From assembly GCA_030704615.1 (NCBI GenBank), contig CM060734.1, positions 44,206,001-44,270,000 of the forward strand: a stretch of 64,000 nt of DNA. The letters run 5' to 3'. Source of the stretch: Takakia lepidozioides. Its lineage: Eukaryota > Plantae > Bryophyta. Every line of letters begins with the position of its first letter. The stretch's first letter is position 1. Shown piece by piece: positions 49,701 to 62,713 of the stretch. A program made the position numbers and the translations under genes. The notes under the pieces are model-generated. The model saw only the letters and a list, made by a program, of their open reading frames with translations. It was not told the origin of the DNA and ran no database searches.

Positions 49701-52700
49701 GAGTTATGGAATCCCTAGGAACAGTGGCATCATCCTTGTAGCCTTCATATTGCCCAAGCACCACATCTTCATCTCTGATATGCTCCACTGCTTGCAGCAC
49801 CTGATACTCATACAAACAAAGCATAACCACTTGTTTGAATCTTGTCCATAAACTCACAACGTTTCCTTATTATCCCGCAAAAGGCTATGTCCACACTCTA
49901 TGCAATATCTTAGCTGAAAAGATTGACAACACACCTTCAATTTTTCATTGCGAATGTGCTCAGGGCTAAGTGAAACTGGTTTCTCCATAGCCACCAGACA
50001 TAGGACCTGAAATCAAATGGAAGGAGCGCAATTTCCCTCAACGAATCAGACAATCAAGTTGGAACACTCTATGCTTCCCTTCACCAATCATAGCACTCCT
50101 AGCCAATCAATGTAGAGCATCTCGTACACACAACCTGGTTCCCATCTCCAGCTGCATGAATCATATCAACAATCTCACTCAACACATGACCACCACATCC
50201 TAAAGGAGCTTCTACTTTACTTGACTGAGGACTTTTTGGCCTAAAAATACTACTTCACTATATAGGACATGCACCTTACCCTCCCCCCCAGTGTGTTGTT
50301 GTTAGCACATTTTTGGTAACTTGTCACAAGTACTGACATTGAAATGCTCCTTGTTAATTGACATGTACCTGTAGGAGGTGGTTCTGGATAATGTCTCGAA
50401 TTATTCTGCAACCACCAAGCCACAAAACTTACCTTAGCCCTTCTCATGAGAACCTACAATGAGTGTCAAAAGAGGTGTAATTTTCAAAAGTGGCTATTCA
50501 ATCCATAACTAGATCCGCTTCATATTCCCAGGAGCTTGATCTAGTTGAAAAGAATGTACCCATATTCATCAAAGTAACCACCTCGTCCTTCCGTCCCAAA
50601 GTCTTCCTTGAACACAATCTGCATGTACTCAACAATCTCAGAACTCAATGATTTCTACTCTACAGATAAATAAGCTGCCATTCAATTACTTGCTGTCCTC
50701 CATTTGGAGAAACTGGACCATTGAGTCCTGGTCCTGTGAACAAAGGCATCACTTCCCCCCCCCCTTAAAGTACTCTCTATCTGTTTATCTATGTCTCTAT
50801 ATTGTCTGTCCCTCTTGCTCTGGATTTCCATCTCATTCTCCACCTCCAGGTACTCCATGATCCTGTTATCCTACAGCGTTGTTCTACTTATATCCAACGG
50901 GTCCTTTAGGCCTCCCCCAGATGTAATTTTTTCCTTTCTTTCTTTCTTCGATTGTAACACTTTCAACTTCAAAATGAAAATCCGTTCCCCGTCCCCTTGC
51001 CCCTTTTCCCCTGTACAGAGATTGACGTTCTATTTCTGAAAAGAGCATCTTGAAGTATCCTTCTGCATACCTGGACATTGTTAATATTGTCCCGGTTCCA
51101 AAGTGGCACAAAGAAGCGATTCGCAAACCTCATGACCAACTTAAACTCAGAAACCACAGCACCACATTTGTCAGCTGAACAACCCAAGAAAATGGAGGCT
51201 TATCAGAGCCACAGATGGTACAAAACAAATACTGCTAATCAGTAGAAATACAATATCCTATATCCTCCTATATAAGTGCATTGAAATCAGATATTCATTA
51301 CTTGGTTACACCATGACTGGAATACTGCCTGTTCACTGGGAGCTGTACCAGATTTTGGACCATCTCTTTGCCAAGGTAGTGATCAATTCGATAAAGCTGT
51401 TCTTCTGTAAACAGCTCTCCCAACTCAGCACTCAAGGCATCAGATGAAGCCAAGTCTTTTCCAAATGGTTTTTCCACAACAATCCGTGACCAACCTCCTG
51501 GCAGGTCCACCAACAGTAACCGTCAATCCAGCAATATGCAATTTGTTTGAAAACTAACATTTAAACTCACCAAATCTGTGCACACAGCCATGCCTTAGAT
51601 AACGGGCAATGCAAACTACAGAGTGATCTTGAGTTCCACTGAGCTCGGTGCAAGGACCATGCATTTACATTGAACTATAACAGGCAATGTCCGAAGAGCT
51701 TGGTCTTAGTTGCACTTTAGAGAAAGGCGAATTTAGAGAAGTGACTTCAACCACCACATTTTTCTCTTCATATATGTAGCACCCCTACACAACCTGATTA
51801 GCACAAGCCATTGCCCACTATCCAAAAAAGGTGTTCAAATAATCTCTTGCATCTTACTGTGTTTGCAGGTTACCTGAGGGGGTACCATAAGGAAAGAAAC
51901 TAAAACTAAAACTTTACCACATCCACAGCAACCTCATAGATAGAGAACGCACGTGGATTCATGCAAAATTTCCGTATCATTTTGCTCACAAGAGGGTACA
52001 CGGAAGGAGGCAGCGCAAGATAAAAGAGTCTGCGGGTAGGGTTTTCCTTCCCAGATTTTGCTTCCTCATGAATAGAAATTCTTTTATTTAGGCTGATATA
52101 GCCATCATCAGCATCATAAGGCCCAGATATATATGTGATCTGCCATCCACAAGGAGCAAGACAAATGCTTAATCTCTCTTCTTTGTCCGCTAGCCCTCTG
52201 GGCCTCCTGCAACTGTGAAGTCTCTAGTAACAGTTTGACTTGTAGTAGAATGACAGGTAAATTTGTCATGTGGATTCCCAGCTAGAGGGCTAGAGCAACA
52301 GTCTGGAGTAAACCTAAGACATCAATGCCTAGTCATAATTCCTAGTAAGACATCAATGCCAGCATAGGTACTTCCCAGCATGTACCCCACAAGTGTAAAG
52401 GCTATCATAGTAGATGACTAGATGATAAGTAAGTATCCCTTCCAAAACCATTGCACCAAGGATGACATAAAGCAAGTGAATCTAAGGAGGTTCTGACTCA
52501 TTACCAGATGCAAGAACTGGTTGACAATCTCCATAGGATCTTTTGTGCAGGTTGCGTTCCCTGTTCTCAAGTACCTGGATCCCCCACGGGCAGATAAACA
52601 CATGACCTGATGAACATGGTTGTGTTAACCACTTGCAAACCTCCCAAAGTGCACATAATATGCTGTCCTTCTTCTCAGTTGACTTTCACAGGCTGCAGTA

Positions 52701-54158
52701 ACAGGGAGATGGTCTAGAGAAAAAAGTGAGACACTACAATATGTCTGGTCTGTACAATGCAGGAAGTGGAAAAAAGAACCATTTTTTCTTCTCCTGTCCT
52801 GCATATTGCGTGATCTGACTCTCTTTCAAGATTCCCAATCCTGAGTGAAGGCCTTCATTTGAAGCTCTTCAGTGACTCACAGCCTACCTTTGCATGCACA
52901 CAGTCTTCTGTCAACACTAGATGTATCCTGACGGAGTTCTTGGTTTGTGGCCCTCTGTGGACATTATAAAGTTTCTTTCTTGTCCCATACATATTTGTTT
53001 GCTTAAAACCTTCGAGGAAAACAGACCATCAACCCAGTTCATCATTTCTGCTCCATCTCTATCTACTCCCCTTTCTCTCTTCCCACGTTTCTGTATGGAG
53101 GCTCACTGCCGAAGAGGCTGATCAAGAACGAAATAGTTCGATAAGAGAGGGCATAGTGAAATTGGGAAGGGACGAGGGAAATATTGCTGGTACCACTGAC
53201 AGAATAAGCTAAAGCCATGGAGGCCTTCTAGAACAGATCCTTGTTGACGTACATTGCATGTAGTGTGTTCATAGGAGATTATATGGCAAATTAAAACTTC
53301 CAATAATTGTCTGTTGCTGCAAAGACCAGAAGCTTACCCTCGTAGCCGATCATGCAGATCATGATCTGAGATCTTGGTCCTTGCATACCCGAAAACATGC
53401 AATTGATTACTTGGCAAAAAACCCTACAATTCAATAGACACAACCTGTGGCCATTAAATTTTCATGATGTCATAACCTTTATTTCATTTGCTATTAGCTT
53501 TGTGGCTTCTTTCAAAATCTGATGTACTCATTCAAAAATTAGTAGGCATATATGTGTCTCTTGCGTTTCTAGGATACCTCCGTAGTCTCTGTAATAAGAT
53601 AGACCGGAGACAAAATGAGTAAATGTATACAATCATGCAATACAATTCTCAAATCCAAATTACTCCGGTTTGCATGTATTGAACAGAAGTGATAGCGCAA
53701 AAGAAGGTCGCATTCACTTGACCAGGTCGAATAGACCTTCACCTCCCCTCTAAAACAATCAGCATCAATTCATGGCAATGGCATAAGGTGAGAGTTGGTT
53801 GAAACTCTGCAGAAAAGGTACCTGCTTGAAGAGGTTGAAAATTGCTGGAAATGTTTTCTTCTTGGCAAGGTCCCCGGAAGCACCGAGAACGACCACAGAG
53901 AGGCAGCTACCTCCAACAGATCTTGCTTCCAAAGAACCATCAGCCTTGCGATTATCACCAGAGGCAACCTCATTGGATGCCAAATGACCGACTACAGAGT
54001 CAGTCGAAGGCTTCATCGCCACTGTTTCAAGTGACAGAAAGGTCACTCAAAAAGAAAGCAAAGAGGCTTGGTCCCTTGGCTTACGACGTGATTATCTTCA
54101 TCACTCCATGGAGGCGACTGCACATTTTACCTGAATCAATTCCTGCCGTTGGAATCAT
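46749..54158 (-). CDS. G6PD: Cytosolic glucose-6-phosphate 1-dehydrogenase, about 16 coding exons
   Basis: [104 protein letters not shown]. Start is either 54158 (short upstream exon spliced in frame) or 54016. Confidence 0.95.
47790..48900 (-). mobile_element. 5'-truncated LINE (post-RT C-terminus plus CCHC finger) inside a G6PD intron
   Basis: Uninterrupted 301-aa ORF 47966-48871: [46 protein letters not shown]. It lies between G6PD exons at about 48966 and 47657. Ends approximate. Confidence 0.8.
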
Positions 54159-54859
54159 TACGTCGAGCTGAACCTTGTAAGCAATTGGTACACACTGTGA
54201 CAAACGAAATGGAGCCGTTTATTATCTCACCCAAGTTCTTAAATCCAGTCTGAACATTGTACTGATAGAAACCGAACAATCCGTTCCGAAAATTACCTCC
54301 TCCAAACATGATTACACCAAATATTCAGCTTCAATGCAGTGTCAGAAAATAAACATCAGCGTTTTTAATGAAGAAACGGAGATGACAGTACTGAGGTCTT
54401 CAACCAATCCACCACTGCTCTACCAATCAAAATCACTAGAAGCAAGCAGTTCCCAGAAAAACGAAATGCATTCACTAATCTGCGGAGCAATCAACGTATT
54501 AAACGTAACACAGTCATAATTCTTAGATTCAGCTCAGCTCAGCTGTTAAATCAACCTTCAGAAAATGGCAAGAGAGAGGATATTTGACCTCCGGGCACTG
54601 AAAGAAGCTAGATACCCTTGCATACTTGAAGAAACTGATGACACAAATCAAATCGAATAAGAAAATCTTCTCACGACTTTTCGAGCACAGACTGGTCAAA
54701 CGTTCTGCCTTCGATGATGCGAACTTCACTGCGAAGGCTTGAACAGAGTGCGGGAAACAGACATGAATGGATGAAGCTCCCGAGACGAATCAGGATGTAA
54801 TTGTGGTTCAAGACGAGACAAACAGCATCGCCAACACGCCACTCACGCACACGCTCCTC

Positions 54860-55020
54860 GGCCCAAGTCCCCAGAGTATCGGTTCCACAGGCCTAGATTT
54901 TAATGGGACACTGCCCCGTGACCGACAAAGTAACGTGCAAAACAGTGCGGGATATATATTTCAATAGAAACGCTGGAGAATGGTTTTATTGACCAACGGC
55001 CCTGTAGGTTTGAGAGGAGG
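54860..55020. promoter_or_regulatory. Probable shared divergent promoter between G6PD and the Nudix gene
   Basis: Head-to-head genes. TATATATT at about 54953; GGCCCA/AGGCC site-II-like motifs; leader-like sequence on both sides. Confidence 0.4.
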
Positions 55021-55759
55021 AGAGAAGGGGAGAGGAAGCGTTGCTGATGTTGGAGCTTGGAAGAATGGGCATCTGTGTACAGTGGAGGGTGTGATGTATG
55101 TCGGGTGTGCGCTGCTCACATTTTGCACGGCTCATCCTTTCTAGGTGACTCTGCTGTCCCTCCTTTCATACATGGCTTGTGGTCTACCTTACCGTGGCTG
55201 ACTTTTGTCGTTGCGTTGGGTTTTGGTGGGATTTGGAAGCAGTGGTAAGTAAGTCGCTCTGCACATGTGGTCAGTGCAGGAGGGCCATAAAGCGAGTTTG
55301 TAACCTAGCTCCACATATTCGCATCCAGAATGTCCCTCTGAAATGGACAGCTTTAGCAGTGAAATGAAATGCAAAGCGTTGCACATGGGTCTCATGGAGT
55401 TTTTCTTTTCCTTTTTTTGTTCTCATAACAGGAGAAGGTGAAGTCGCCTTTGCATGGAGAAAGGCGGCCCACCATAAGTCCCTGACGACAGGATCGTGTA
55501 TTAAGGGTTCGTATTGACCCTCTATTTCGGTTCTGTAGCAGGGTCGCAGAATTCTTCACGGATCAGCTGAAGGTGTAGCACAATGTTGACAGATGACTTC
55601 ATGGGTGTTGCAGGGAACTGTTTCTTCCTCGTGACTGGAGAGGCACCGGATAAGAAACTCTTGTAAATGAGTGGGAAGTCTTCCCTGAAAAGTTGTCTAT
55701 GTTCTTTCTGAGCTTAGCACCCCAAATGTTTGACGCAATAGGGTGTGGGAAAATCAAGG

Positions 55760-58700
55760 ATGCCTTTGAGTAAGCCGTTGCATGGGACGGTTGCTCCACC
55801 AAACGAAACGATTGTAGACAGCCAATTCAAGGGAAAAAATCAAATTCTTGATGAAAATAACTCAACAGGAAGTGCAGTTACCAATACTAGCGTGTTAAAA
55901 GCCAGTGTGGACAAGTACGAGGGGGTCATTGTGGATGCCAGCAGCATGCCAGCAGACATTCCCACTTTTGTGGACTCTTTGAATGCATCCCTTGCAGATT
56001 GGAAACTGAAGGTATGCATGTGTCGATAATGATAGAATATCTCGTCTCATTATTGTCTCTCCATATTATGAGATTCCCAACCACTGCACGGAATGGTAGC
56101 AGAAAAAACTTACTCAATTACATGAACATGTTCTCAGTGAAAGAGAGGATGAGTACAATTAGATAAGCTCCTGTTGAATTTTACCTGAGATGAGGAATTG
56201 CATAGGTTTGTATGATTCTGCTTGATTTGGTCCTTCGCTATGTTAATGGTTATCGTTTGGATCGTCAGTAATACCATCAATAAAACAAGAATGTACTTTA
56301 GGCTTTAGGGGAATACAAGCCTTCTGTTACTTTAGGACAATTGCTCGAAGGTCTTTTGGGGACTTACATCAGAGGACTGTTATGCCCCAGCATTTGGCCA
56401 ATTTCTCATTCGAGCCAAGGGCCCAATTCAATCAGTGGCCCATTGCTCATAAATGAGCTAGACCAGTCTGCAACTGTAGTCAAGGGCTAGGATCGATGGT
56501 TAGCTTGTGTTTGATGTTGGCAGAACCTCAAAGGAGTGTGGTTGAAGTTGCCTACAGCAAATGCCAACCTGGTAATCCCTGCAATTGAGGTGAGACCTAC
56601 TCATTTTTATTCTTTTGTTGTGTGTAACAGCACTATTTTGCTTTTTAGGTTTTTAGGTCTGATTTGTAAATTTCTTATTGATTCTGTTGACTCGAATTTT
56701 ATGAGGTCTCCTGAATGACCACCCCTTCAAGTCATCCCTGCAAGTGTGTAACCTCTAGATCATTGGTTGCTAGTGTTGTCCATATTAAGGAGATGGGGCC
56801 TCTGCAGGTTTTGCATATTAAACCCATGAACAATCTCTGAAGGTCTCTTTGTTTTGTAAGGTGGTATGGGCTAGCATGTACTTCGTATATATTTCACCTC
56901 ATCATAAAGGATCTATCGGACCCATGGTGTATTCTATTTGTGAGGCCTTTCCATCTTATGTTTGCATAGTGTGGTGTGGCATGATGCAGGCAGGCTTCAG
57001 GTATCACCACGCAGAGCCAGCATATGTTATGCTTGTCAAGTGGCTTCCAGACACACCCTCAACGCTTCCTGCAAATGCAACGCATCAAGTGGGCATTGGG
57101 GCATTTGTGATCAATGACAAACAAGAGGTACACCCTCTTTGGCAACCTGGTCATGTCCTATCACACTTGAAGCAACTATTTAATCTAGAAGACTGTTTAT
57201 GTGAATTAGTGCAAACCAGTTCTATTAGAAACATACACAATGATCAAGGGGACAGTAACTGAAATATAAATTGGAAATTGTGAACTGGATGGACAGATCC
57301 TGGCAGTGCAAGAGAAAAGTGGAACTTTCAAAGGGACTGGAGTTTGGAAGATGCCTACAGGGGTTGTACTTCAGGTCTGTTATCCATCCCTGTTTGAATG
57401 ATTTTGGTTGAGTTGAACATCTTATGAGAGACAAATATCTGGCCGTCATGCAGGGGAGACCCGAAGCACTTCCCAGTTGCTCTCAAGTTTTTGTGACAGT
57501 TACAGCAATAAGTAAGCAACAGACTTGTCATGAATATGGCAGGGTCCTGAGCACTTCCACAGTGGCCAGCCTGAAAGCCACATAACAGCTTTGTGCTCCT
57601 TTGCAGCATTGAAATGGGTTTTGCCCCTCATATACGTATTCCCGTGATGAATATGACAGGCTTCTGGGCGCCTGACAGTGGCCAGTCTGAAGACCATAGT
57701 GACAATTCACCTTTGCAGTGATGAAGTGGATTCCACCCTTACAGATACTTATGGTATGCAGTTTGGCTTATAGTGATGAGAAGGAGTTTCCACCAAGATG
57801 TTTGCTAATTTGTTCTCAGACTATGTTGGGTACGCAAATGCGCCTAAATACACAGGGAGAGGATGTCTTTGCTGGAGCTATCAGAGAGGTGAAGGAGGAG
57901 ACAGGGGTATGTCAACCCTCCCTTACCCTGCCAACACATATGGAAAGGGCTGCAAACATATGGAATCTTGTGCATATTTTGCTTCCTATCTAGGTTGTCC
58001 CCAATCCAACAGTGCCAACCCCTCACTTTGTAGCATTAGGTTCTGCAACACTCAAGCAACCACAGGGCACTTTCTGTGGAGAAGGTCTGTTAACTGCATC
58101 ATTGTGCAGCAAACACGAAGGCATTGTCCTGGCTTTAAGAAACTCAAGCATTTGATAGATCTTCAATTAACTAGTGGCACTGTTAAAGCATGCACCAGGT
58201 CTGACTATGAGAAAAGGTCACACAGCTGAGAAGGTAGAGGATGTCATGCATTCTCTAGATGATGAAGAGCTACAGACAGTCTGTCCTATGTCTTACCCCA
58301 TGTCCCTCTTGCACAGTTCTAAGTTGGAGGCTACCCAATGCAACTCAACTTTGAGGTTTTCACAAGGCATACAAGGCAATGCCTACTGGTTACAGATAAA
58401 AAACATTGCTGGTGGACATGTTCAAAGCACAATGTGTCAATCCAATCCCGGTCAAAACCTGTACAGAAATGCATGTAGTGATCCAAGATGTTGTCTGACC
58501 TCTATGGATTAGGGGCTCAGTTTCCATGGGTTCCCTGGTTTTCAACTTCTTTTGTTGTAACTTCTAAAGGTTATTATCTCTGCACGAGAAAACGAAGAAA
58601 GCATCAATCGGCACTTTTCTTTTGTGTTAGTTTTCTACTTGAACACAGGTTTTGCAATTTCAAAATGAATTGTATTTCTGTGCAATTCATTAAGCAGAAG

Positions 58701-59615
58701 TGTGTATTTTGAAAATGGGAAACATTTCACTCATGCTGGAAATATATGCTGGATGGAAATTGCAGGTTGATGCAGAGTTTGTGGAGGTGATAGGATTCAG
58801 GTATTAACCTCATTTCGTATTTGTCCAGTACTCTGTTTTCTTTTTCTTTGGGTGAAAAATAGGAAGTGCCCCAGTACTCTCTCCAAACCAACTGACTGAG
58901 CCAAGACAATTTTATATACGAACTCAAGTAGCCCACCTTTTTGTGCTCCAGCCAACTTGGCCGCCGAGCCACAAGCCTATGAGAAGCAATCACTAAAAGT
59001 GTCTATTTATCCTATCAGTATAATAGAAATGTTTATATAATCAAGTTTGTGTGTGGGTTTGGATGCAGGCAAGCACACGGTGTCGCATTTGGGAAATCAG
59101 ACTTGTTTTTCCTCTGTGTCCTTCGGCCTCTCTCATCAGAGATTGTCAAATCTGACACAGAAATTGCAGCAGCCAAGGTACTTAAAATGCACTGTTTTTC
59201 GTGAACATGGCATTGGAAGGATAGAACTTAATTGTGCAGGGGAGGACAGGAGATCTATTGTTTGATGACTGTCCCCTGTGACACTGACTACGGCTTCCCT
59301 TTAGGGCGTATGTCATTGTAGTGAATACAATGACATACTATTTGATTGAGTTTGAGTCATTTCACTGGTTATGACAGCTCCCTTTGGTTAACCTATCATC
59401 ACATGTTGTATTGTGGTCAGTGGATGCCTCTGGCAGAATTCAGGTCACAGGCTTACCTGAAAGAAAGGAGATTGTTGGGAAGGATGCTGGAGGTTTGCAT
59501 TGCGACTGTAGAGAGAGGCTACAAGGGCTTCACTGTTGAAGACATGAAGACGGGCTCTCAGAGGAAGCCCTCCTATTTCTATTACAACAATGCTGGTTTC
59601 CAGGACTCGATGTGA
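55760..59615 (+). CDS. Nudix hydrolase, NUDT2/NUDT8 (NUDT6/FGF2AS-like) family, about 8 coding exons
   Basis: DKYEGVIV, KGVWLKLP, GFRYHHAEP.YVMLVKWLP..LPANATHQVGIGAFV, GVWKMPTG, Nudix box GEDVFAGAIREVKEETG, GKSDLFFLC, EIAAAKWMP. Start codon uncertain; an upstream exon ends near 55244. Confidence 0.9.
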
Positions 59616-61325
59616 CTTTTTTCTATTACAACAATGGGGATTTCCAGGATTGAATTGCATTCGGCTGACATGTTGTACGTCGTGTAAATAACCTCATGAT
59701 AGGACATGGACGTGTACAGAAATGTGGGCAAGTCCTGCAAGGGTGGGCGTTTTATGCCAGCTGCAAAATGATAATACTGTTGACGTTCAGATCTCAATTG
59801 TGAATTGCCAAATGGGGTAGTATAACTTTCCAATCTTGGGCTCTAGAACATCCGCAACCTTAGATGCTCAGTATCTCCATAGAGCAAGTGGATGCTTCAG
59901 TTTTTGCTCTCAAGGTGATTTAAGAGGGGGGGGGGGGGGAGAGAGGCGCGGGCGGGCGGGAGGGGCGGATGAGGGGGGGGGGGAACATTTGACGTGGGGA
60001 GCTTCCACCCCTCTGATGAGGCTGCCGGAGGGCGGGTTCCCCAGCAGTACCTCGCGGGCCGTACTTGTCAGCTCAAGGCGTGCGCCATCAAATCAAGCCA
60101 CATAGTGGAGATGTCTTTGTTTGCTGCAGCCTCATGTGCTCTGCTTGTCACTACTTCTTCCCCATCTCATCCCTCAGCTCCTCCCATGTATGCTCCCTCC
60201 GTGTCTGCTCCCCCCTTATCTGGTCATCCCCCATGTGTTTCGGGTCCCTCCGACACCGATTTCCGCTGTTCCCCCCTTGTCTGCTTCCCTTATGTGATCC
60301 TCCCCCAGCTATCTCTGGTGGTGCCCCCGACACCGATATGTCATTGTCTACTCCCTCCTCGTCAGAGCCCATGTCTTTGCTCCCCCATCACTTGTTTCCA
60401 CTCCATCTCTGTATGCTTCCCCCAACACATAGGGATCCTACCATAGACCTCAATATGGAGGAAGTGCCAAAGATTAGGACGTTGCAAACAACTGGGGGGG
60501 TTCCATTTCAAGTCCTTTCCAGCTATATATGTTGTTTTTCTTGCGACAGAGTCCGACGTTTTTTCAACTTGTGTGACTAACAAGCCATTATGCGCGCATG
60601 AGTTGCGTGCATGGCTTAAGCAGGCTACTAACTCTTCCAGAGCCAATTTAAAAACTAAAGCCCAATATTACAATTGTTCTTGTGCCTGAATGATAATCTG
60701 GTGCTACATTGAGGTCTACCATTGACATCATGCTACCACCGTTTTCCCGAAAAAAATTATGTCCGTCAGCAAAGAAACAGCCGAAGTTGGCATCTCCCCT
60801 CGAATTTGGATATGAAGCCTCAGCACCAGGTGGAAACAAAAGCAAAAAAATACAATCATGGGCTTCACGGTTGAGGGTGGGAAAGCAAAACGTTACGAAA
60901 ATCATGAACAAAAGATCGCACAAGCTGCTGGCCTCGCAATGCTCAACTTTTCTGCCAAGCTTTCCACCCTTTCCTCCTTTGGGAAGTCCAAAGGCGATGC
61001 TCCCGGCACAAATTGTGCATAAAGCATTCATCTCTCTTCATCATAGTAATGTTTTAGCTTTCCTGATATCCATTCTTTCCGTTTCCAGTATGAAATATTT
61101 AAGCCTATGGTTTTTCCTACAATGTTCCATATCACACGTTGTCTCCTCTCACATGGGTGTGAGATGAGCCGTTCAAAATGCCAGGTGCGATCTCAAGGTG
61201 ATCCTGGAAGCCCCACTTTCTGATCTAGTAGTGATTTGATCACATATCCTTCGTAGTTAGCCGAATTTGGACTTGGTCAAAATTTCGAGATCAAGTGTGA
61301 GTTACACTGAGTGGAGTTACACTCC

Positions 61326-61627
61326 CTGAGACTTTTAAAGATGGTTGTCACAGCAAAAACTAGAGGTGGTATCCACAACTAGAGGTGGTACCCTAAATGC
61401 TCTACGTAACAACTTCAATACAGCTACTACAATTATGCATCAATGTTTCAAAAATATCCATTTCAGATCCTTTACAGCCTTCATCAGCAACAAGCGTAAA
61501 CTAGAACAAGCTCACACATACCCTTACAGGTACATAAGCAATGACACATTTGTTCCAAATGAAGTAGTAGCCGCAAGATGAAGTGGCTCTCAGTACATCG
61601 GCCAATTTGGCTAGAGTCTTCTCTATC
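61326..61627 (+). mobile_element. 302-bp 5'-truncated copy of the Dualen-like LINE family
   Basis: TRGG..MHQCFKNIH..FTAFISNKRKLE matches TRGG..IHKCFKEIH..LTAIITNKRQLE of the 15693-16412 ORF. Tail GTAGCCGCAAGATGAAGTGGCTCT. 8-bp TSD TACACTCC (61318-61325 and 61628-61635). Confidence 0.85.
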
Positions 61628-62074
61628 TACACTCCATCCCATGTAATCCAATGTCACCCCCACTGAAAGTTCCATGTCAATCTCAAGAGGGGAGAAAGAT
61701 TTGACATGCCCAAACCAGGTGTAGTGACGTTTGCATTAATCTTTTATATTACATTATTCTTAGTGTTCTCCCAATAAAACTTGGTTGTCAAAAAAAAAGG
61801 AAAAAAACTCATTATTACCTTCTTAAGACAGTTTATTTTAATTAGGTAAACTCATAGTAGTTGACTACTGGATCCTAGCTAATTTTTGCAGTTTGTTGAT
61901 AGCAAGATATTCTTGTTGACAACAAACTCTAATCGATCCCAAAGATAAAAAAAAATTTAAAAAAAAAACCGTGTGAAGGATCCCTATTCCTAATGATTGA
62001 CACTCTGGCATAAAAGCTTTGGGTAATTACTCTTTTGTGAAATTGAGGTTCATTTTACGGTTCCATATTTTATA

Positions 62075-62713
62075 GCTTCTCATTGTTGAATAATTGGGAG
62101 TTTATTGCTCACGTGAGCAGGCAGCGGCCCCATGCATGGACGTTGGGTGCCCTGGGTGGCCCCGCCGCGACCCATGACCCGGCCCGGGTGGGTCTGCCGC
62201 GAGGATAGGTCTGCCGCGAGGCAAGGTCCGCAGGCCCTGACCGGCTGACTGCGGTTGTTTTCTAGGTTAACATATAAAAAAATGTCAGGATAGCAATAAG
62301 TAGCGGGTAGTGTGGTGGTTGGATAAATTGAGTGGTACCTACGAGTTTGTTGGTTCAACTTTGGCTGGAGCTAATGTGCATTAATGATGGTTTTGGCTGG
62401 TGCTGCATTTGTATTAATGACCCACCCTTTTGATGGGCGAATTATCCCGCAAAAAATTCTAAGTCCCGCGCGCGGGCGGACTGCGGCGCGACGAGCAGAC
62501 CATTCCGTTGGACCCAAGACGTCCAACCCGCGAGCGGACCCGAGACCCGACCTGCCAGCAGTGAGCAAACCCTACCCTCGAGCAGACCCAACTTGACCTG
62601 CCAGTAGACCTGGACCCGCCGGGTGGTCGCGGATGCGCCCAACATCCATGCATGGGCCGCTGCCTGGCTTACACGTGAGCCTTAAACTCCCAATTATTCA
62701 AAAAATGAGAGGC
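62075..62713. mobile_element. Mutator-type MITE, 639 bp
   Basis: About 75-80-bp imperfect TIRs (GCTTCTCATTGTTGAATAATTGGGAGTTTA.. and ..TAAACTCCCAATTATTCAAAAAATGAGAGGC). Perfect 9-bp TSD TATTTTATA (62066-62074 and 62714-62722). Confidence 0.9.

Noticed and set aside
60012-60060. Functional hammerhead ribozyme
   Set aside because: CUGAUGA is present but the GAAA and cleavage-site context were not found. Kept only as a low-interest note.
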